A stretch of 64,000 nucleotides of DNA from an uncultured virus (IMG/VR IMGVR_UViG_3300033463_000096) (taxonomy: Duplodnaviria > Heunggongvirae > Uroviricota > Caudoviricetes). The notes under the pieces are model-generated. The model saw nothing but the letters and a program-made list of their open reading frames with translations. It did no database searches and was not told where the DNA came from. The DNA lies in IMG/VR virus record IMGVR_UViG_3300033463_000096, positions 1 through 64,000 of that record, one strand, 5' to 3'. Positions within the stretch are counted from its first letter, which is position 1, and the number at the start of each line of letters is the position of its first letter. A program made the translations under genes and the position numbers. This document shows positions 1 through 8,700 of this stretch, piece by piece.

Positions 1-800
1 CCTTGGCCTTGCTGCTGTTGCTGTTGTCCTTGTCCTTGGCCCTGCTGTTGCTGACCCTGACCCTGACCGGACTGTTGCTGTTGTCCTTGTCCTTGGCCCT
101 GCTGTTGCTGACCCTGACCCTGACCGGACTGTTGCTGTTGTCCTTGTCCTTGGCCCTGCTGCGACTGCTGGCCCTGCCCATTTTGATTTTGGGAGCTCTG
201 GCCCTGCTGGCCCTGGCCTTGACCCTGCTGGGGTTGACCCTGACCCTGCTTCTTCTGTTGCATTTGTTCCTGCACGCGGCGCAGGTAGTCGCGGATCTTT
301 TCAAGCTGCCACATATCGCGCTTCTTGAAGCCCATCGGTTCAATGGCAGGGGCGATCTGACTGTAAGACGGCAGGTTTTTCAAAATTTCTTTAACATCGG
401 AACGCCACTTGGACAAGAGCTTCTGGTTTTCAAAGCAAATCAAGTCGGAGGCGAACTTGTGCGGCGCAGCCGGCATAGCACGGCGGTGAGTGGCGTGGTG
501 CAAGGCGATGCGCAAACTTTCGCCGAAAAATGCGAAAGCCAATTCGGATGCGTCATTCAAACGGCAAATCCAATACGGGTTATACTGGAGCTGAATTTGA
601 CCGCCAGCGTTCGCAGTCGCAAGACGCAGCGTCACATCCTTATCATTGATGGGAACCATTTCACAAATTGAAAGGTAAAGCATTGCAGCCGGTTCAAGCT
701 GCAGAATTTTCATCGCTTCCGCGATAGTGTTGCGGGCATGTGCGAGGACGGGTTCCCAAGCCATGCCAGTTGTATCAAGGTAGTAGTTCTTTTCAGCCAT
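1..800 (-). CDS. Probable VWA-like/putative metallopeptidase partner of the MoxR ATPase, with Gln/Gly-rich linker (3' end outside window)
   Basis: Not in the ORF track because it runs off the left edge. ATG at 800 (MAEKNYYLDTTG...), open to base 1. Contains LQYNPYW and ESLRIALHHATHRR (a degenerate HE-x-x-H-like segment), then QGQGQQQ repeats. Lies next to the MoxR gene and has its own sigma70 promoter. Confidence 0.6.
   Translation of the reverse strand, partial: MAEKNYYLDTTGMAWEPVLAHARNTIAEAMKILQLEPAAMLYLSICEMVPINDKDVTLRLATANAGGQIQLQYNPYWICRLNDASELAFAFFGESLRIALHHATHRRAMPAAPHKFASDLICFENQKLLSKWRSDVKEILKNLPSYSQIAPAIEPMGFKKRDMWQLEKIRDYLRRVQEQMQQKKQGQGQPQQGQGQGQQGQSSQNQNGQGQQSQQGQGQGQQQQSGQGQGQQQQGQGQGQQQQSGQGQGQQQQGQGQGQQQQQQGQ
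15..161. repeat. 57-bp tandem repeat (about 2.6 copies) encoding a Q/G-rich linker
   Basis: Unit ctgttgctgttgtccttgtccttggccctgctgttgctgaccctgaccctgaccgga starts at 15, 72 and 129. Confidence 0.9.
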
Positions 801-828
801 AATTCAAAATCCCTTAGTTTACGAGTAA

Positions 829-857
829 ATAATAACAATTTCCACGGTTTTTGTCAA
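829..857 (-). promoter_or_regulatory. Early sigma70-type promoter
   Basis: TTGACA-17bp-TATTAT on the minus strand, upstream of the ATG at 800. Confidence 0.8.
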
Positions 858-888
858 TAGTTGATATGAAAAAATATGATTTTTGTCA

Positions 889-926
889 AAAAATTTACAT
901 ATCTGCGGAATTGACGAAAAATGGGC
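889..926. repeat. Dispersed 38-bp repeat, copy 1 (copy 2 at 4977-5014)
   Basis: aaaaatttacatatctgcggaattgacgaaaaatgggc versus aaaaatttacagatctgcggaattgatgaaatttgggc. Confidence 0.85.
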
Positions 927-985
927 GGCATTGCTGCCGCCCATCCCAACCAAGGAAATTGCGGGAATTACCCTCCCGCAGGGTT

Positions 986-2233
986 TTACACATCGTAGTC
1001 AGCGAGGTCAATGTAGAAGTCGCAGACCTTTTCATTTATCGCCGAGAGGCGAGCAACCCACTTGCAGGTGGACGGGTCCTTTTGGTTCTGCTTACGAGCA
1101 GCTTCCACGCCCTGCATGTTCACCTGAGCAGCCACTTCCTTCGGGATGCTGGTAAGGAACTTATACCAGTTGTCGGCGACAAGCTTACCGTATTCAGTCG
1201 GCTTGGACTTTTCTACGAGCTTATCTTCAACCTTCTGGAGGTAGCCGCAAATTGCGGAGCCGAGGCGAAGGGTTTCGAGCGACTGAGCTTCACCCATCTT
1301 CTTGAGCTTTGCCCAGATCTTCTTGTCGCTCGGGTCAGCTTCAATAATCTGGTTAGGCTGCAAGCCAGCGCCGTGCTGCTGGTACCAGGAAGCGAAGTTC
1401 TGAGCAATCGCTTCACCTACCCAACCGGCAGCGAGCAAACGGAGTTCAGCGTTGCCCTTAGGACCGCTGTAAGCATCCGGGTCAATTTCAAGGGCACGAA
1501 CCATATCCTTGGAAAGGCGAACCCAAGAACGGCGAGACTGCTTAACGCCGAGCTGGTCAACTTCGTCGTTGGAGCCCTTGGTCTTCACCTTGCCTGCCAT
1601 TGCATACGGGTCAAGGTCTTCTTCATGGGCTTCAATGTAGGAAATGATACAGTCCAGAACGCCGATCTTGCGGGCATGGAAAATCCATTCCTGAATGGTC
1701 GGGGTGAACAAGATCTTCCAGTAACGGTCGTTTTCGGCGTCGTCAAATTCTTCAACGTCGTAGTTACCTTCATTGTCCGGGTTGATGGCGCAAACCACGC
1801 GGGAGCCTTCCGGAAGTTCAAAATTCAAGAGGCGATGGTCGTTACCGATCTGCATCATTGCACGCTTGATAGGCGGCGCAGCACGGTTGATTTCGTCCAA
1901 GAAGAGGCAGAACGGCTTGCCGTCCTTCGGGAACCAGTAAGGCGGAATCCACGCAGTTTCCTGACGCTTCACCGTGGTCTTCACGGGTTTGCCGTCTACG
2001 AAGACTTCCACTTCTTCTTCATATTCAATGATCTTCTGGAGACCGATAAGGTCACCAACGTCAGAGAGCTGAGAACCCTGAAGTTCGCAGCAGCGAAGGT
2101 TCCAGCCGTCCGGTTCAGCGCAAAGCTGGCGAACAACTTCGGTCTTTCCAGTACCGTGGATACCCTGAATCATCGGGGTGTGGGAGGGGCTCATCTTACG
2201 GAGCAAAGATTTCACAGTAGCAATATCAGCCAT
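986..2233 (-). CDS. MoxR-like AAA+ ATPase
   Basis: Walker A GIHGTGKT, Walker B LFLDEINRA, sensor-1 VCAINP and SRRSW motif. Confidence 0.85.
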   Translation of the reverse strand: MADIATVKSLLRKMSPSHTPMIQGIHGTGKTEVVRQLCAEPDGWNLRCCELQGSQLSDVGDLIGLQKIIEYEEEVEVFVDGKPVKTTVKRQETAWIPPYWFPKDGKPFCLFLDEINRAAPPIKRAMMQIGNDHRLLNFELPEGSRVVCAINPDNEGNYDVEEFDDAENDRYWKILFTPTIQEWIFHARKIGVLDCIISYIEAHEEDLDPYAMAGKVKTKGSNDEVDQLGVKQSRRSWVRLSKDMVRALEIDPDAYSGPKGNAELRLLAAGWVGEAIAQNFASWYQQHGAGLQPNQIIEADPSDKKIWAKLKKMGEAQSLETLRLGSAICGYLQKVEDKLVEKSKPTEYGKLVADNWYKFLTSIPKEVAAQVNMQGVEAARKQNQKDPSTCKWVARLSAINEKVCDFYIDLADYDV

Positions 2234-2290
2234 GTTTTGTCCTTGGTTAAAGGGGTTTCAGTTATCAGTTTGTTTTCAATTTACGAGTAA

Positions 2291-2319
2291 AATATAATTA
2301 TTTTTCAATACGCCGTCAA
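2291..2319 (-). promoter_or_regulatory. Early sigma70-type promoter
   Basis: TTGACG-17bp-TATATT followed by TTTACTCGTAAA, the same 12-mer found at the 829-857 promoter. Confidence 0.7.
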
Positions 2320-2378
2320 TGGTCAAAATTGAGTCAAAATCATTATTTTTCCACCCGTCTTCTTTAGTTGTGTTTCCA

Positions 2379-2870
2379 TCATTTTAAGAACGGAACTTTC
2401 TCAAATTCAGCTTCTGCCAGTTTTTTGGCCTTTTTGGACAGTTTTTCAGCAATATCCATAAGATCAAAAACTGCGTTTATTTTAGCTGCCGCAAATTCAC
2501 CGGCTTCCGTGCCATTCTTAAATTGCGAGAATGGGATCACATCTTTACCGTCGCAGATCTTTGTATACTGCAGTTCTAGGTCGTTCTCGATGAAAAACTT
2601 AATCGCATCCGCTCTAGAAGAAACTACTGTATAGCACCTGAAATGTTCCTGATGCGGCTTTAACAATATGATCCAGCAGGCGTCATTGCCAGACCCATAT
2701 AAATTATGGGCACGAGGACAGTCCTTTACAAACAGCTCATACGCAGGCTCGTGATCGACGATTCTGTGCTGAAAGCAGGTTGAATTAGTCTCACGGATAG
2801 CAGCGTCAATGAAGTCAGCCGTAAACCGGAGTCTTTCTTGAACGTTCATTATTGCTTCTTTGTCGGACAC
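2379..2870 (-). CDS. Hypothetical early protein
   Basis: 163-aa ORF in a tightly packed operon; resembles its upstream neighbour. Confidence 0.7.
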   Translation of the reverse strand: MSDKEAIMNVQERLRFTADFIDAAIRETNSTCFQHRIVDHEPAYELFVKDCPRAHNLYGSGNDACWIILLKPHQEHFRCYTVVSSRADAIKFFIENDLELQYTKICDGKDVIPFSQFKNGTEAGEFAAAKINAVFDLMDIAEKLSKKAKKLAEAEFEKVPFLK

Positions 2871-3403
2871 ACGATCTTTTCAAATTCAATACCAACGAGT
2901 TTTTCAATCTTGCTGTGCAGACGGTCGTTGATTTCACCGAGGCTAACTAAATTACGGAATTCAGTCACCACCTTTTCTGCAGCTTCTGCAGGAGTCTTGA
3001 AATCATCAAACTTGATGTCAGCGCTCCACTTGACGATTCGGTTTTCCCTGTTATTATAAAGGGTGCAGCCGTGAGCAATAAAGTTCTCAATCAACTGCTT
3101 GCGAGGCATGGCGACAACCCAGTACTCGAACACCTGACGAGTCGGCCAAATGCGAATCATGTCAGCGTCATTTCCTCGTTCAATACCAGCAAGCCAGTTA
3201 CTGATACCACCGATGTCTTTCTCCTTCAACGAAAAGCACATGTAATTGCTTCCGTTGTTAGAGCAGGCGCCAACCGTCGGATCGGCTCCGCCAAATTCCT
3301 TAGCGATAATGTCCATCATTTCGCAAGCGAACTTCATTCCTTTGAACTTCTGCATAATCATCTCCATTTCAATTTGCTCTGCGAGCACGAATTGGTCAAA
3401 CAT
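2849..3403 (-). CDS. Hypothetical early protein
   Basis: 184-aa ORF with AAGGA RBS, coupled to its neighbours. Confidence 0.7.
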   Translation of the reverse strand: MFDQFVLAEQIEMEMIMQKFKGMKFACEMMDIIAKEFGGADPTVGACSNNGSNYMCFSLKEKDIGGISNWLAGIERGNDADMIRIWPTRQVFEYWVVAMPRKQLIENFIAHGCTLYNNRENRIVKWSADIKFDDFKTPAEAAEKVVTEFRNLVSLGEINDRLHSKIEKLVGIEFEKIVCPTKKQ

Positions 3404-3405
3404 TG

Positions 3406-3960
3406 TTATTCCTTGTAAAATGCCTTTTCAACAGTCAGTTCCATTTTCTTTCTGAACTTAGTCAAATTGGCGACCAGTTTACCATAGAAAGCACCCATTG
3501 CCTTCTGTCTGTTTGCTGCAATTTCCGCAACGGTTTCTGCAGCCATATCGTTGTGATAAGTTCCAGTGAACTGATCTCTGACCCAGAATTCACCAGTCTT
3601 GTCATCTCGTCCCCAATAGAACGAGAAACCACGGGGGTACTTTTTGCTGAGCTTGAAGTTGTTTACCAGCAAGTCCTCAACGACCTTTCCAGCGGTCAGA
3701 TCGTGGTCCAAACAGCGATAGTCCAAACTGTGGTTCGGCGAGCACTGGAACAAATAGCTCCATTCATACTCGAGAAAATCCCAGTCCTCCTTGTTCGGCA
3801 AGTTAGACAATTTGACGCACCAGCCGCTTCCTTCAGGAAGGAGCAAGTCTTCGGTAATACCCATCAGTTCGCAAAACTTGCGAAGCACCCTCATTCCATA
3901 TTCAATATCTCGAAAGTCGGGGTGCGAGAAAGTGTGTTCATAGATGTTTTCTTCAGCCAT
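3406..3960 (-). CDS. Hypothetical early protein
   Basis: 184-aa ORF with GGAGAGG RBS; start overlaps the upstream stop. Confidence 0.7.
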   Translation of the reverse strand: MAEENIYEHTFSHPDFRDIEYGMRVLRKFCELMGITEDLLLPEGSGWCVKLSNLPNKEDWDFLEYEWSYLFQCSPNHSLDYRCLDHDLTAGKVVEDLLVNNFKLSKKYPRGFSFYWGRDDKTGEFWVRDQFTGTYHNDMAAETVAEIAANRQKAMGAFYGKLVANLTKFRKKMELTVEKAFYKE

Positions 3961-4451
3961 TAGTATACCTCTCCACAGCAGGTAAATGCGCCTTCAATGT
4001 TGTCAAAATAGCGCAACAGTTTCTTTTCATTTGCGAGCGAGTCGCCGGCCTTAGTGACCCAAAGCATCACTCGAGCCGGAACGCTGCTGTTACCCATAAT
4101 ACGGGAAATGTAATCACCTAGGCGTTCCATGGCTTCATCATTAAGATCACCGCCGCTCATGCCGTGCAAGATCAAGGTCGGCATCGGACCGACTTCGCCA
4201 TCCGCAGATTCTTCAACGGTCTTCATGCGAATGTCTTGGAAAAAATCAATCAGGCAGTCAATGTCGCCCAATTCAGCGCGGCGCATATCGTAGACAACCA
4301 CGCTCTTAGGCGGCACATCCAGCGCTTCCATGAGCTTCAAGCGAATGTTGTCAAAATGCTCCCCTCGGATTTTGAACTCCGTCGAGTCGTGAATGACCCA
4401 AGATTTGACTTCGGGGTTCTGCTTTACCATTTCAATAATATCGGTAGCCAT
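3960..4451 (-). CDS. Hypothetical early protein
   Basis: ATG at 4451 (MATDII) has an AAGGAG RBS, so it is preferred over the TTG at 4457. Confidence 0.7.
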   Translation of the reverse strand: MATDIIEMVKQNPEVKSWVIHDSTEFKIRGEHFDNIRLKLMEALDVPPKSVVVYDMRRAELGDIDCLIDFFQDIRMKTVEESADGEVGPMPTLILHGMSGGDLNDEAMERLGDYISRIMGNSSVPARVMLWVTKAGDSLANEKKLLRYFDNIEGAFTCCGEVY

Positions 4452-4463
4452 TTTCAAATCTCC

Positions 4464-4886
4464 TTAGCAGATCGGTTCCTCAATAAGTGCCTTCACCGCA
4501 GCGAAGCGTTCACCGACCGCCTTCCACATTTTGAGGATCGGCGCAACGTCAACCGGTCGCAGATCGCTGTAGTCCAGTTCAACATTGCCCTTCAGCTGCA
4601 CCGTGGAGTAGCAGCCGCCAGGTGCGTGACGGAAGGATGGATATACCCCGATCTTTCCTTTGTTGTTGGACGGATAGGTCGTGCCGTCGCCGAAGTCCAT
4701 GTGACCCAGGCCAACGCTGACTCTTACGAGAACGTCCTTGTTGTAAATTTGAATTTCATCGTAGTCGGTACCCATCTGGCCCGCGGTCGTATAGTCCAGT
4801 TCATACCCGTTGTTCTTTGCGTGAGCGTTAAGGTTGTCAGCGAAAAGCTGTGCGAGTGCGGAAAGTTTGATCTGTCTTTTTGCCAT
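4464..4886 (-). CDS. Hypothetical early protein
   Basis: ATG at 4886 (MAKRQI) has a GAGG RBS and lies downstream of the promoter at 4917-4945. Confidence 0.7.
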   Translation of the reverse strand: MAKRQIKLSALAQLFADNLNAHAKNNGYELDYTTAGQMGTDYDEIQIYNKDVLVRVSVGLGHMDFGDGTTYPSNNKGKIGVYPSFRHAPGGCYSTVQLKGNVELDYSDLRPVDVAPILKMWKAVGERFAAVKALIEEPIC

Positions 4887-4916
4887 ATTGAGTACCTCTA
4901 TTATTTCAACAATCAA

Positions 4917-4945
4917 AATATAACAATTTTCGGAATAACTGTAAA
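4917..4945 (-). promoter_or_regulatory. Early sigma70-type promoter
   Basis: TTTACA-17bp-TATATT on the minus strand. Confidence 0.7.
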
Positions 4946-4976
4946 TGGTATAGGGGAAATAATGACGATTTTTCTT

Positions 4977-5014
4977 AAAAATTTACAGATCTGCGGAATT
5001 GATGAAATTTGGGC
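4977..5014. repeat. Dispersed 38-bp repeat, copy 2
   Basis: Near-identical to 889-926 and at the same distance from the -35 box. Confidence 0.85.
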
Positions 5015-5164
5015 ATTTTGTGTAAAATATGAAAAAACCATAGGGGAAATGATGCGCTTGACCAAATTTTGTCACTGTCAAGGGTAGAACCTGAGGTTTT
5101 TTCTGCGGGTGCCGCGGTGGCGCTTCCGAATGTCATACACGGATTTAATAAAAGTTCTAAGATT

Positions 5165-5272
5165 CCCAAAGTTAACCCAGGGGTTCAACAGCAACCCAAA
5201 GATATCCCAACATCTTAAGATAGCAACAAAAAGCCACCCCTACCCCAAAGATAGCAACAAAAATAACCCAAG
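5165..5272. repeat. A/C-skewed short direct repeats in the divergent intergenic region
   Basis: aagatagcaacaaaaa at 5217-5232 and 5248-5263; cccaaagata at 5195 and 5244; further cccaa motifs. Confidence 0.75.
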
Positions 5273-5395
5273 GAGATAATAGGAATAAATAAAGAAATAG
5301 ATGCACTTTTAGATAACCCCGAGTATACAACTTATCAACAGTTAGATAACAGATTATTAAATAGGGGTAGTGAAGTGATATAAGGAGTAATTATA

Positions 5396-5764
5396 ATGCA
5401 GATACTTACAGATGATGGGTTTAAGGATTTTGACGGTATTGTGCGAAAAAAAGCAAAATGCCTCGAGATTAGATATAAAGTAAATGGAGAACCTGACGGT
5501 ACATTAAATTGTATTAAAGGCAGTAATGATCATCAGGTGTTAATTATCCCCCGTGGAAAAGAATGGGATTTGACTATTGATAGTTGTAAATGGATTAGAC
5601 TAGATAAGATAGAAAAAGGGGATAGATTAGCAATATCAGTTGATGGGAAGTTATTTGACGGAACTGTTGTTGAAATTAAGCAAATAGGATTAAATGACGT
5701 ATATACCCCATTAAATGTTGATGGAATAAGGTACTTGGAAGTAAATGGAGTAATAAACCATAAC
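5396..5764 (+). mobile_element. Split intein C-fragment (123 aa)
   Basis: Starts MQILTDDGFKDFDGI; block B SNDH; block F DVYTPLNV; block G NGVINHN followed by Cys+1 (tgt at 5765). Visibly more AT-rich than the extein. Confidence 0.9.
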
Positions 5765-6538
5765 TGTGCGTTTGGTGGTTCTACATCGACTTTGATTTCG
5801 GAAGAAGGTTTGGATAAGATGAAAATCTGTGACCCGGTTGAATATAAGCTGGGGTATGACTTCTTGATATATGAAAAGCCGGATCCGAAAGCATTGTATG
5901 TTATGGGCGTGGATTCAGCGATGGGTGTTGCTGCTGACTATTCAGTGGTGCAGGTGCTGCGAGTGGTAGCGAAAGGAAAGTATAAACAGGTTGCGGTGTA
6001 TCACAGAAATACGATTCGCCCAGAGGACTTTGCTGAAGTCGTTCATGACATTAGTGAGATGTATAACTCTGCTATGTACATTATTGAAAATAATGATATT
6101 GGCAGAACAGTAGCGGATGTTCTATATTACGAGATTGGCGACAACGGAATGATCTCGACGGACAAAAGAGGGAACCTTGGTACTCGTGCGGACCGCTCAA
6201 CGAAGATTGATGCTTGTAAGATACTGAAGACGATGATTGAAAGAGGGGAGCTTGAAGTCGTAGATTCGGAAACTGTGAAGGAGCTTTCAAGGTTTGAAGA
6301 AGTGAGCACTGGTGTGTATCGTGCGACTGGTGATAATCACGATGACTTGGTGAGTGGGTTGTATTGGGCAGCCTACTGCTTACAGCAGCCGGAGATAGAC
6401 CTTGACGGAGTTTGTGTGGCTGAAGTGAAGGCAACTGGTGATGACGCTTTGCCGCCGCCGATGTATATGAGCTTGCCAGGCGACTCGATGTTCGGTGCTG
6501 GCATTGACGCCAATTCATTCTGGAAAGGATTGAACTAA
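5396..6538 (+). CDS. terL (gp17, C-part): Terminase large subunit, C-terminal (nuclease) half, preceded by a split-intein C-fragment
   Basis: After ...VINHN the protein continues CAFGGSTSTLI...YVMGVDSAMGVAADYS...IIENNDIG...HDDLV, which are T4 gp17 RNase-H-like nuclease motifs. AAGGAG RBS. Confidence 0.92.
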   Translation: MQILTDDGFKDFDGIVRKKAKCLEIRYKVNGEPDGTLNCIKGSNDHQVLIIPRGKEWDLTIDSCKWIRLDKIEKGDRLAISVDGKLFDGTVVEIKQIGLNDVYTPLNVDGIRYLEVNGVINHNCAFGGSTSTLISEEGLDKMKICDPVEYKLGYDFLIYEKPDPKALYVMGVDSAMGVAADYSVVQVLRVVAKGKYKQVAVYHRNTIRPEDFAEVVHDISEMYNSAMYIIENNDIGRTVADVLYYEIGDNGMISTDKRGNLGTRADRSTKIDACKILKTMIERGELEVVDSETVKELSRFEEVSTGVYRATGDNHDDLVSGLYWAAYCLQQPEIDLDGVCVAEVKATGDDALPPPMYMSLPGDSMFGAGIDANSFWKGLN

Positions 6539-6541
6539 AAG

Positions 6542-6549
6542 TATAAATA
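6542..6549 (+). promoter_or_regulatory. T4-type late promoter
   Basis: TATAAATA upstream of 6584. Confidence 0.75.
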
Positions 6550-6583
6550 GAATAGAAGGAATTTTTCAAAGGAGATTTTCAAA

Positions 6584-6919
6584 ATGGAATTAAATGAAGC
6601 ATTGACAAAGTTGCAGCAAGCAGGGTTTATCTGTGAGGCAGGAACAAATGGACTGATGCAGAAACTTAGAGGCTTTATCGCAAAGTATGGTCTAACTAAG
6701 TATAAAGTGACTACTGCTCTGTTGCAGAAATGGGTAAAAGAATCTATGCAAGACAAGATGAAGGAACGCCCGTGCCTTAGCATTCTTGATTACTTGTATG
6801 ATGTAACTAAAAATAGAAAGTTTGACCCAGAAAAGGACAATCCCGATACTGTTGATATGTTCTATGAATGGGAAGAACTCATTGATGATTACTTTGAAGA
6901 ATGGTATCAGGACCAGTAA
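6584..6919 (+). CDS. MELNEAL-leader protein (putative internal head protein)
   Basis: N-terminus MELNEALTKLQQAGFICE; has its own late promoter and terminator. Confidence 0.65.
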   Translation: MELNEALTKLQQAGFICEAGTNGLMQKLRGFIAKYGLTKYKVTTALLQKWVKESMQDKMKERPCLSILDYLYDVTKNRKFDPEKDNPDTVDMFYEWEELIDDYFEEWYQDQ

Positions 6920-6942
6920 TTAAATACAGCAATTATGATGAT

Positions 6943-6971
6943 AGAGGACATCTACGGGTGTCCTCTTTTTT
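6943..6971 (+). terminator. Rho-independent terminator
   Basis: agaggacat...gtgtcctct stem followed by a T run. Confidence 0.8.
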
Positions 6972-7026
6972 GTCTGTTGAATTACCAATGGAATTATAAT
7001 GTACATTTGTAGGGTGGTTTGCGGGT

Positions 7027-7034
7027 TATAAATA
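7027..7034 (+). promoter_or_regulatory. T4-type late promoter, possibly giving a leaderless transcript
   Basis: TATAAATA only 4 nt before the ATG at 7039. Confidence 0.65.
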
Positions 7035-7038
7035 TAAC

Positions 7039-7722
7039 ATGAGTTTTGAAACCCACATGAGACCGTTGATAAATCCGCAGTTGCGATTGGAAGGTGACAA
7101 TCCCGATATGGAATTCTATATCAGGAATACCACAAAAGCGCTGAACAAGTATATGAAGGAACTTGAAGATGAGTTTGGTAAAAGGCACTTACCAGTGACT
7201 GGAGTGACTGTCCTTCCATTCTCCCCGCCGATTACGACTCCTGTGGCTAACAATTTTGGATACTTCGTTCCAAATCATATTCGTTTGACTGAAAGTGAGG
7301 TGAAGGCTGCCTTGTGGTGTGGTGTTCCAGAAATGTCGTTCATCAACCTGTTTAACCTGTTCGGCAGCAAGATGTCATTGAACTTTAACCGCGTATCATC
7401 AACGACCCGAAGCGTTGCTGAGCTGCAGTCTGCTCCTGTTGTTCCTTATGTATGCAACAGTATGGGCGTTGTTATGATGAGCTCGGCGCATTACGCAATG
7501 TATGGCGCTCAGTTCATGGCTGCGGTAAAGGCGTTAGGCACAGCGCTTGACGCATATAAGTTCTGTGAGCTAGAATCAAGATATCTGCAGATGGCTGTCA
7601 CATCAACGCCGCCTTGTCCTGCTTTCATTGCTGGCACATGCTTGTCTACGAACGGCATTGTCGTTAATGGTATTTTTACAGGAACATTGGAGGCACATTT
7701 TGCAGCAGCAGCAACAGTATAA
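7039..7722 (+). CDS. Hypothetical late protein
   Basis: 227-aa ORF after a late promoter. Confidence 0.7.
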   Translation: MSFETHMRPLINPQLRLEGDNPDMEFYIRNTTKALNKYMKELEDEFGKRHLPVTGVTVLPFSPPITTPVANNFGYFVPNHIRLTESEVKAALWCGVPEMSFINLFNLFGSKMSLNFNRVSSTTRSVAELQSAPVVPYVCNSMGVVMMSSAHYAMYGAQFMAAVKALGTALDAYKFCELESRYLQMAVTSTPPCPAFIAGTCLSTNGIVVNGIFTGTLEAHFAAAATV

Positions 7723-8599
7723 TTATCTACCTATTGAAATGGAAGATCTTCCATCAAGAGGGTTGGTCTATCCTGAAGGTACATTCATCAAGGGCAGGTT
7801 CTTGAACATTCGAGACATTAAGTTCCTTGCTCTATTGACAGATGCCACAGCGCAGACAATCATTAACGAAATCATTGACCGATGCTTCTACATGAACATT
7901 CAAGTGGAAGACTTGGCTTTGTGTGACCGCACATACTTGATCTTCTGGTTGCGAGCAAACTCGTTCATGAAGGAAAACGGATACCGCGTCAGCGTCGGCA
8001 AATGCAATTATTGTCGCCGTCCGTTTGACTTTACCATCAAGCTAGATGACATTCCATTGAAACAGTTGCAGTCAGCACCTGGGAACATCAAACTTCCAAG
8101 ATCTGGAGAATGGGTTAGCCTTAAACTGTCAACAGTCGCTGACTTGAAGATTGTTGATGAAGACCCTGATGTGCAGTTGATGGCTAGAATGATACGCAAG
8201 CCTGACCCCGTCAGGTACATTATGAACTTGAAGGTGATGGACTTCACATTCCTTTTGAATACATGCAAGCAGTATGACGCTGGCTTTGACATGCACTTTG
8301 ATCTTGAGTGTCCGCACTGTCACGGTATCAACCCTATGCAGTGTATGATATCAGAAAGCGCATTGTTCGGACAGATAAACATGCGAGATATCATATCCTT
8401 GTCAATGAAGATCACCAAGTACCTTACATATCAAATCAGCGATGACACTCCGTGGCCTGAATTTGAGATGATAGCCGAATTGACAAATGTAATGATTAAG
8501 GAAGAAAACGAGGAAATGGCAAAACAAGAATCTGCTGCCAAGGCAAAGGCTCAAGCAGCACAGGCTCAGGCACATAGCCGTAACTTCAGAACCCATTAA
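7700..8599 (+). CDS. Baseplate hub assembly protein, gp26-like
   Basis: LPSRGLVY, DLALCDRTYLIFWLRANS and two CxxC pairs. Start taken as TTG 7700 (GGAGG at 7689-7693); ATG 7739 is the alternative. Confidence 0.7.
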   Translation: MQQQQQYNYLPIEMEDLPSRGLVYPEGTFIKGRFLNIRDIKFLALLTDATAQTIINEIIDRCFYMNIQVEDLALCDRTYLIFWLRANSFMKENGYRVSVGKCNYCRRPFDFTIKLDDIPLKQLQSAPGNIKLPRSGEWVSLKLSTVADLKIVDEDPDVQLMARMIRKPDPVRYIMNLKVMDFTFLLNTCKQYDAGFDMHFDLECPHCHGINPMQCMISESALFGQINMRDIISLSMKITKYLTYQISDDTPWPEFEMIAELTNVMIKEENEEMAKQESAAKAKAQAAQAQAHSRNFRTH

Positions 8600-8620
8600 G
8601 CACAGCCTCGGAAAATTTTC

Positions 8621-8648
8621 ATGGGGTCTTCAAAGATCCCATTTTTTT
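8621..8648 (+). terminator. Rho-independent terminator
   Basis: atggggtctt...aagatcccat stem followed by a T run. Confidence 0.65.
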
Positions 8649-8700
8649 GTTATTTTTATACCAGCATATAACATGCTACAAAATAGATAAAGGAGATTCT

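Noticed and set aside
3..671. Leu-rich plus-strand ORF
   Set aside because: It is the antisense shadow of the Q/G-repeat gene on the minus strand, which has a promoter and start codon.
851..2290. 479-aa plus-strand ORF
   Set aside because: It is antisense to the MoxR ATPase, which has clear Walker motifs. The same applies to 3403-3963, 4164-5087 and the many short shadow ORFs.
5165..5272. Possible mini CRISPR array
   Set aside because: Only two 16-bp copies 15 bp apart, no regular spacers, and no cas genes in the window.
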